Below, piece by piece: positions 56,598-64,000 of a stretch of DNA of 64,000 nucleotides. Within the stretch, counting starts at the first letter, position 1. The number at the start of each line of letters is the position of its first letter. The stretch comes from an uncultured Gemmatimonadales bacterium (lineage in GTDB: Bacteria; Gemmatimonadota; Gemmatimonadetes; Longimicrobiales; RSA9). The position numbers and the translations under genes were made by a program. The notes beneath the pieces were generated by a model. It saw only the letters and a list, made by a program, of their open reading frames with translations. It was not told the origin of the DNA and did not search any database. The stretch spans positions 1,312,001-1,376,000 of the forward strand of contig CAWCRS010000007.1 in NCBI GenBank assembly GCA_963798085.1, given 5' to 3'.

Positions 56598-57569
56598 TCA
56601 GATCCCTTCGAAGAGCGCCGTCGAGATGTAGCGCTCAGCGAACGAGGGAATGATCGTCACGATCATGCGGCTCTGCATTTCCGGTCGCGCGGCCACCTTG
56701 TACGCAGCCACCAGTGCGGCGCCCGACGAGATGCCGACGGGAATGCCTTCCACGCGGGCCGCCTCCCTCGCCATGGAGAGCGCATCAGCGTTGCTCACGG
56801 CGATCACTTCGTCGATCAGGCGGGTGTCCAGCACCTCGGGAATGAAGCCGGCGCCAATGCCCTGGATCATGTTGCCGGGTCCCGGCTGGCCACCGGAAAG
56901 CACGGGGCTGACTTCCGGTTCCACGGCCACCATGCGCAGGCCGGGCCGTCGCTTCTTCAGCACATTGCCGCAGCCCGTGAGCGTGCCGCCGGTGCCCACG
57001 CCGCAGACAACGACATCGACCTTGCCACCGGTGTCGCGCCAGATCTCCTCCGCTGTGGTGCGGCGATGGATCTCGGGGTTGGCGGGATTGGAGAACTGAC
57101 CGGGCATGACCGCGCCCGGAATCGAGTGCACCAGTTCGTCGGCCTTCTGGAGTGCGCCGTTAATGCCCTGTTCCTTCGGCGTCAGGAAGACTTCCGCGCC
57201 CAGCAGCGCCAGCATCTTGCGCCGTTCGAGCGACATGGTCTCGGGCATTGTCAGCACACAGCGATAGCCGCGCGACGCGCACACGAAGGCCAGCGCTATG
57301 CCGGTGTTACCCGACGTGGGTTCGACGATCGTGGTGCCGGACTTGATGCGGCCATCGGCTTCCATCGCTTCGATCATGGCCACACCAATGCGGTCCTTCA
57401 CGCTGGCAATGGGATTGAAGAACTCGAGCTTGAGCAGCACGTCCGCGCGCGCGCCGTGCTTTTCGCTGAGACGCGGCGCACGAACGAGCGGCGTGTCCCC
57501 GATGGTCTCTCCAATGTTCTCGTATATGCGGCCGCGGCCCGGACGATGCTCCTGCGTTTCGCCTGTCAT
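56598..57569 (-). CDS. cysK: Cysteine synthase A
   Basis: [40 protein letters not shown]. Confidence 0.96.
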   Translation of the reverse strand: MTGETQEHRPGRGRIYENIGETIGDTPLVRAPRLSEKHGARADVLLKLEFFNPIASVKDRIGVAMIEAMEADGRIKSGTTIVEPTSGNTGIALAFVCASRGYRCVLTMPETMSLERRKMLALLGAEVFLTPKEQGINGALQKADELVHSIPGAVMPGQFSNPANPEIHRRTTAEEIWRDTGGKVDVVVCGVGTGGTLTGCGNVLKKRRPGLRMVAVEPEVSPVLSGGQPGPGNMIQGIGAGFIPEVLDTRLIDEVIAVSNADALSMAREAARVEGIPVGISSGAALVAAYKVAARPEMQSRMIVTIIPSFAERYISTALFEGI

Positions 57570-57769
57570 CTCCGTGGTTCCCCGTCGTTGATGGTCCTCG
57601 CCGCCTGGCGCAGCATGGCCGGTCAGGCTCCAGGGCCGGACGTTAGGGCGCGCGCCCGGCCGCGCGCAAATCGCCCCTGACGGGGGCGCAGTTCCCACAC
57701 GCGGCGCTTATCTTGTGACCCGGCGATGCGTCATGTACGCCATCCTCCACGGAAACCGGAGCTCCGGAC

Positions 57770-59197
57770 ATGCGTAGCCTCCAGTGGCTGGTTCCCGCTT
57801 CTCTCCTGCTCGCACACGGCGGCGTTTCTGCGCAGGCCGCGGTCCAGCCCGGACCGGCCGTGCAGCCGTTCATCCAGGTGAATGCGCCTGTCGTCGCGCT
57901 CACGCACGTGAAGCTCATCGACGGCACCGGCACGCCCGCGAAGAACGATCAGACCGTCATCATCGCAAACGGGAAGATCCAGGCGGTGGGTCCCAGTGCC
58001 AGCACGCGGCCGCCGCAGGGCGCTCGCATCATGGACCTGAGCGGACACACGGTCATGCCCGGAATCATCGGGCTGCACGACCACATGTACTACTCGTCGC
58101 TGGCCGGCTCGATGAAGCTCATGCCCTACAGCTATCCCAAGCTGTTTCTGGCTGCGGGCGTGACCACGATCCGGACGACGGGCAGCGTCGATGCCTACCA
58201 GGAGCTGAACCTGCGCGCCGCCATCGAAGCGGGTGAGCAGGTGGGGCCCGATATCGTCGTCACCGGGCCGTACCTGCAGGGCAAGGGTGGCGGCCTCGCG
58301 GCCATGCACCCGCTCGCCGATGCGGAGGATGCCCGCCGCACCGTGAAATACTGGGCCGACGAGGGCGTGACCTGGTTCAAGGCCTACACCACGATCACGC
58401 GCGACGAGCTGGGTGCCGCCATCGACGAAGCGCACAAGCGCGGGGTGAAGGTGACCGCACACCTCTGCTCCGTAGGATTCCGCGAGGCCGTCGCACTCGG
58501 CATCGACAACCTCGAACACGGGCTGCTGGTGAACACGGAATACGTGCCCGACAAGAAGCTCGACATGTGTCCGCCGGGCACCGTATCCGATCAGTACGCG
58601 TCGCTGGACATAAGCAGCCCGGAGGTGCAGCAGACCATCCGCGAGATGGTGGCGCACAAGGTGTCGATGACGTCCACGCTCGACGTCCTCGAGCTGTCAT
58701 CGCCTGACCGTGTGCCCCTGGATGACCGCGTGCTCGATGCCGTTTTCCCCGACGTGCGCCAGGCGCTCATCACGTGGAAGACGAAAGGCGATGCCGCGCC
58801 CAACCAGATCGAGCACGCCGCGCTGAAGAAGGCCATGGAGTTCGAGCGCGCATTCGTGAAGGCCGGTGGCGTGCTGGCGGCCGGCTCCGACCCGTGCTGC
58901 CTCATGTCCATCGCCGGCTACGCGGACCAGCGCAACTTCCCGTTGCTCGTCGAGGCCGGCTTCACGCCCGAGCAGGCCGTGCAGATCATGACCGCCAACG
59001 GCGCGCACGTGCTGGGCATGGATGATCGCGTCGGCACCATCACCGCCGGCAAGCAGGCCGACCTCATCGTGCTCGACGCAGATCCGACGGCGGATCCCGG
59101 CGCCATTCGCAGCGTGAGCACCGTCTTCCGCAAGGGCATCGGCTACGATCCGGCGAAGCTGACCACCGCAGTGAAAGGCCTCGTAGGCCTGCGCTGA
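57770..59197 (+). CDS. Secreted amidohydrolase family protein
   Basis: Signal peptide, PGIIGLHDH, GVTTIR, TAH, EHG, GSD, GKQADLIVL. Confidence 0.88.
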   Translation: MRSLQWLVPASLLLAHGGVSAQAAVQPGPAVQPFIQVNAPVVALTHVKLIDGTGTPAKNDQTVIIANGKIQAVGPSASTRPPQGARIMDLSGHTVMPGIIGLHDHMYYSSLAGSMKLMPYSYPKLFLAAGVTTIRTTGSVDAYQELNLRAAIEAGEQVGPDIVVTGPYLQGKGGGLAAMHPLADAEDARRTVKYWADEGVTWFKAYTTITRDELGAAIDEAHKRGVKVTAHLCSVGFREAVALGIDNLEHGLLVNTEYVPDKKLDMCPPGTVSDQYASLDISSPEVQQTIREMVAHKVSMTSTLDVLELSSPDRVPLDDRVLDAVFPDVRQALITWKTKGDAAPNQIEHAALKKAMEFERAFVKAGGVLAAGSDPCCLMSIAGYADQRNFPLLVEAGFTPEQAVQIMTANGAHVLGMDDRVGTITAGKQADLIVLDADPTADPGAIRSVSTVFRKGIGYDPAKLTTAVKGLVGLR

Positions 59198-59340
59198 GCC
59201 TGGGACGGTACACGGATTTCAGGCGACGGCGCCCGTCCGTGTACCGTCGGATTCAGCCACCGACGCCGCGCCTCTCGGCGCTCTCGATCCGTTGAATCCG
59301 TGCCCGGCCCGAGCCTCAGCCCCAGCCCGAGAGACATTTC
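59197..59340. repeat. Copy of the AACGGAT/CCCAGCCC repeat family
   Basis: GATCCGTTGAATCCGTGCCCGGCCCGAGCCTCAGCCCCAGCCCG is a reverse-orientation match to the 44975-45017 arm. Confidence 0.65.
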
Positions 59341-59377
59341 GTTTACTTCGTTCACTGCCTCATTGGCAGGGTAAAGG

Positions 59378-59391
59378 GGCACACGGCTTGC
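59378..59391 (+). promoter_or_regulatory. Putative sigma54 (-24/-12) promoter upstream of clpB
   Basis: GGCACACGGCTTGC, i.e. GG-N10-GC with GGCAC and TTGC cores. Confidence 0.5.
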
Positions 59392-59550
59392 CCTTCCCAG
59401 CCGCATGTCCGCCCTCTGACGCCACGCGCTATCGCGTGGGCGAGGGTCCGGGCACTCCCTTACATTCGGATGCGCGACTGGCCCTGCGACGAGGCGGGCC
59501 GAGACGGAGGAGCACCGCACGCATCCGCGGACACGGAAGGACGGGAAGCC

Positions 59551-62166
<2,616 letters not shown>

Positions 62167-62224
62167 CAGGCCCGTGACGGCCCCCGACCTTGGAATGTCT
62201 TCCAGGAAGGGAGATGCAACACCA

Positions 62225-62692
62225 ATGAAATCAGGAAGCTTCACACGACCACTGGCGTTTGGCGTGCTGGTGCTGCTCGGAGCCTGCGCCACGAAGCGGG
62301 TGGAAGTGCCGCTCACCAGCACAGCTTCGCCGATGGCAAACGCGAACGTTGCGGCTTCGCTGGTGGTCGATCAGTTCCTGCGCGCCGCCAATTCGAACGA
62401 CCTCGACACGATGGCGAGACTGTTCGGCACGCGCGAAGGCTCCGAGTTGAAGCGGGATCCCAAGGACCTGATCGACAAGCGCATGTTCGCGATCGCGTCC
62501 GTGCTGCGTTATGACAGCTACAAGATCAAGGGCAACGAGATCGTGCCGGGCCGGCGTGATGAGGCGACACGTCTCATCGTCACGATGAATTTCGGCGAGC
62601 GCTCGGTCGACGTGCCGTACACGCTGGTCTACAGCAAGGACAAGACGTGGCTGGTGGAGCAGATCGGCGTGGACGCGATTACGGGGAAGTAG
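62225..62692 (+). CDS. Hypothetical lipoprotein
   Basis: MK start, LLGAC lipobox, FLRAAN..D..TMARLFG. Confidence 0.7.
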   Translation: MKSGSFTRPLAFGVLVLLGACATKRVEVPLTSTASPMANANVAASLVVDQFLRAANSNDLDTMARLFGTREGSELKRDPKDLIDKRMFAIASVLRYDSYKIKGNEIVPGRRDEATRLIVTMNFGERSVDVPYTLVYSKDKTWLVEQIGVDAITGK

Positions 62693-63095
62693 GCGAGGGG
62701 TCTTCGATCAGTTCGACCAGCACGCCGTGTGTGCTGCGCGGATGCAGGAATGCGACGCGCCGGCCATGAGCACCGGGCCGGGGCGTCCCATCGATCAATT
62801 CCAGGCCGCGTGCCGACAAGTCGCGCAACGCGGCATCCAGATCCGATACGCGATACGCAATGTGGTGCAGGCCGGCGCCGCGTCGTTCGAGAAATCCGGC
62901 AACGGGTGAGTCGGCGCGCGCGGGCTCGATCAGCTCGAGCCGCGTGGCGCCTTCGCCGACAAACGCGACGTTCACACCCTGCGCCGTTACCGGCTCGATG
63001 CTGGAACCGGATGTGCCCGTGAGGAGTTCGAATACGGGTAACGCGGCCGCGATGGAGGGCAGCGCAATGGCCACGTGATCGAGCGTGCGATGCAA
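62679..63095 (-). CDS. mce: Methylmalonyl-CoA epimerase
   Basis: LDHVAIA, QGVNVAF, LELIEP, GLHHIAY, AFLHP, GVLVEL. TTG start with RBS GGGAG. Confidence 0.9.
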   Translation of the reverse strand: MHRTLDHVAIALPSIAAALPVFELLTGTSGSSIEPVTAQGVNVAFVGEGATRLELIEPARADSPVAGFLERRGAGLHHIAYRVSDLDAALRDLSARGLELIDGTPRPGAHGRRVAFLHPRSTHGVLVELIEDPSPTSP

Positions 63096-63196
63096 GAGCT
63101 GCTCCCATCCTGTTGAAAGGAAGGCTGCGCAGCATGAATGATAACATGACGACCGCGGGGGCGGGACACGCGGCCGGAATCTCAAAGGAGACAGGG

Positions 63197-63532
63197 ATGG
63201 CGGAGAACGGCGGACCGGTGACCGTGACCGACGGCGACTTCGGTGAAGTGATCGAGCAGCGGACCGGTCTTTCGCTGGTTGATTTCTGGGCCGTGTGGTG
63301 CGGTCCGTGTCGCATCATTGCCCCCTTGCTCGAGCAGCTTTCCAGGGAATACGCGGGCAAGGTGCAGTTCGCGAAACTTGATGTGGACGCGAATCAGCAG
63401 ACCGCTTTCAAGTTCAGCATCCGGTCGATTCCCAGCATTCTGTTCTTCAAGGACGGCAAGCACGTCGACACCGTGGTGGGCGCAGTGCCGCGTGCCTACC
63501 TCGAGCGCAAGATCCAGGAACATCTCGTTTGA
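63197..63532 (+). CDS. trxA: Thioredoxin
   Basis: DFWAVWCGPC, IRSIP; RBS AAGGAG. Confidence 0.96.
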   Translation: MAENGGPVTVTDGDFGEVIEQRTGLSLVDFWAVWCGPCRIIAPLLEQLSREYAGKVQFAKLDVDANQQTAFKFSIRSIPSILFFKDGKHVDTVVGAVPRAYLERKIQEHLV

Positions 63533-63600
63533 ACGGATAACACGACGTTTCCGGGGCTGGGGCCGGGGAACGCCAGTAAACAACGGATCGAACAGCGTCT
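63531..63600. repeat. Copy of the AACGGAT/GGGGCTGGGG repeat family
   Basis: GAACGGATAAC, CGTTTCCGGGGCTGGGGCCGGGGAAC and AACGGATCGAAC resemble 44975-45020. Confidence 0.6.
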
Positions 63601-63755
63601 GACGGGCACTGGCTGAACAACAGACGGGGTGGTGGCGGAAGGGCTGCCGCCCCGTTTCACATCTGGCAGAGACCGCTTCGTCCCGCGCCGGGAGCGTCAT
63701 GGGGGAAATGCGTACAGATTCTGTGATCGAGGCCGGGCTGCGCGGAGTGCGGTGA

Positions 63756-64000
63756 GTGGCGACGCTCTTCGTGGTGAGTACGCCGATCGGGAATCTGGGG
63801 GACATCACGCAACGCGCGCTGGAAGTGTTGCGGCAGGTGCGGCGCGTGCTGGCGGAGGACACGCGGCGAACACGCGTGTTGTTCCAGCGCTACGAAATCC
63901 GCACACCGCTCTACTCGGCGCACGCGCACAACGAGCAGGCCAGACTGCAGCAGGTGCTGGGCTGGCTGACGGCGGAAGAGGATGTGGCGCTGGTCTCCGA
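63756..64000 (+). CDS. rsmI: 16S rRNA C1402 2'-O-methyltransferase (3'-truncated)
   Basis: LFVVSTPIGNLGDIT.RA, AEDTR, HAHNE, VALVS. Confidence 0.93.
   Translation, partial: MATLFVVSTPIGNLGDITQRALEVLRQVRRVLAEDTRRTRVLFQRYEIRTPLYSAHAHNEQARLQQVLGWLTAEEDVALVS

Noticed and set aside
59340..59550. CIRCE/HrcA operator upstream of clpB
   Set aside because: Only a partial GCACTC half-site near 59452; no TTAGCACTC-N9-GAGTGCTAA.

Overview
A GC-rich bacterial chromosomal segment made up mostly of core genes. Protein style and gene order suggest Gemmatimonadota (inference, not verified by search). In order: partial sensor kinase; pcrA/uvrD; a TolC-HlyD-ABC-2 efflux operon; a second efflux operon (TolC with an N-terminal substrate-binding-like domain, adaptor, RND pump); gatCAB; a minus-strand operon (nitrilase-family glutaminase, degenerate NadE-like protein, DUF948-like, YtxH-like, Zn-dependent phospholipase C-like); murA-UbiK-like-pgeF-small Cys protein-OsmC-like; rimP-nusA-L7Ae-infB-DUF503-rbfA-truB-ribF-rpsO-pnp; M16 peptidase, ald, dut; mreBCD-rodA with no mrdA; accD-folC-hisS-proS-lysA-guaA; an accessory block (two lipoproteins, multicopper oxidase, cysK, amidohydrolase); clpB, a lipoprotein, mce, trxA and partial rsmI. 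I saw no rRNA, tRNA, CRISPR array, transposase or integrase. Many indels (dense at about 15.1-22.0 kb, isolated elsewhere) look like long-read consensus errors. Most notable: a NadE-like probable pseudoenzyme coupled to an intact glutaminase subunit; the substrate-binding/TolC fusion; a dispersed GGGCTGGG/AACGGAT hairpin repeat family that brackets accessory blocks; recurrent Asp-to-Asn changes at conserved motifs in a CAATG context; the missing PBP2 gene; and an RskA-like domain on the multicopper oxidase. All family assignments come from motif recognition by eye.
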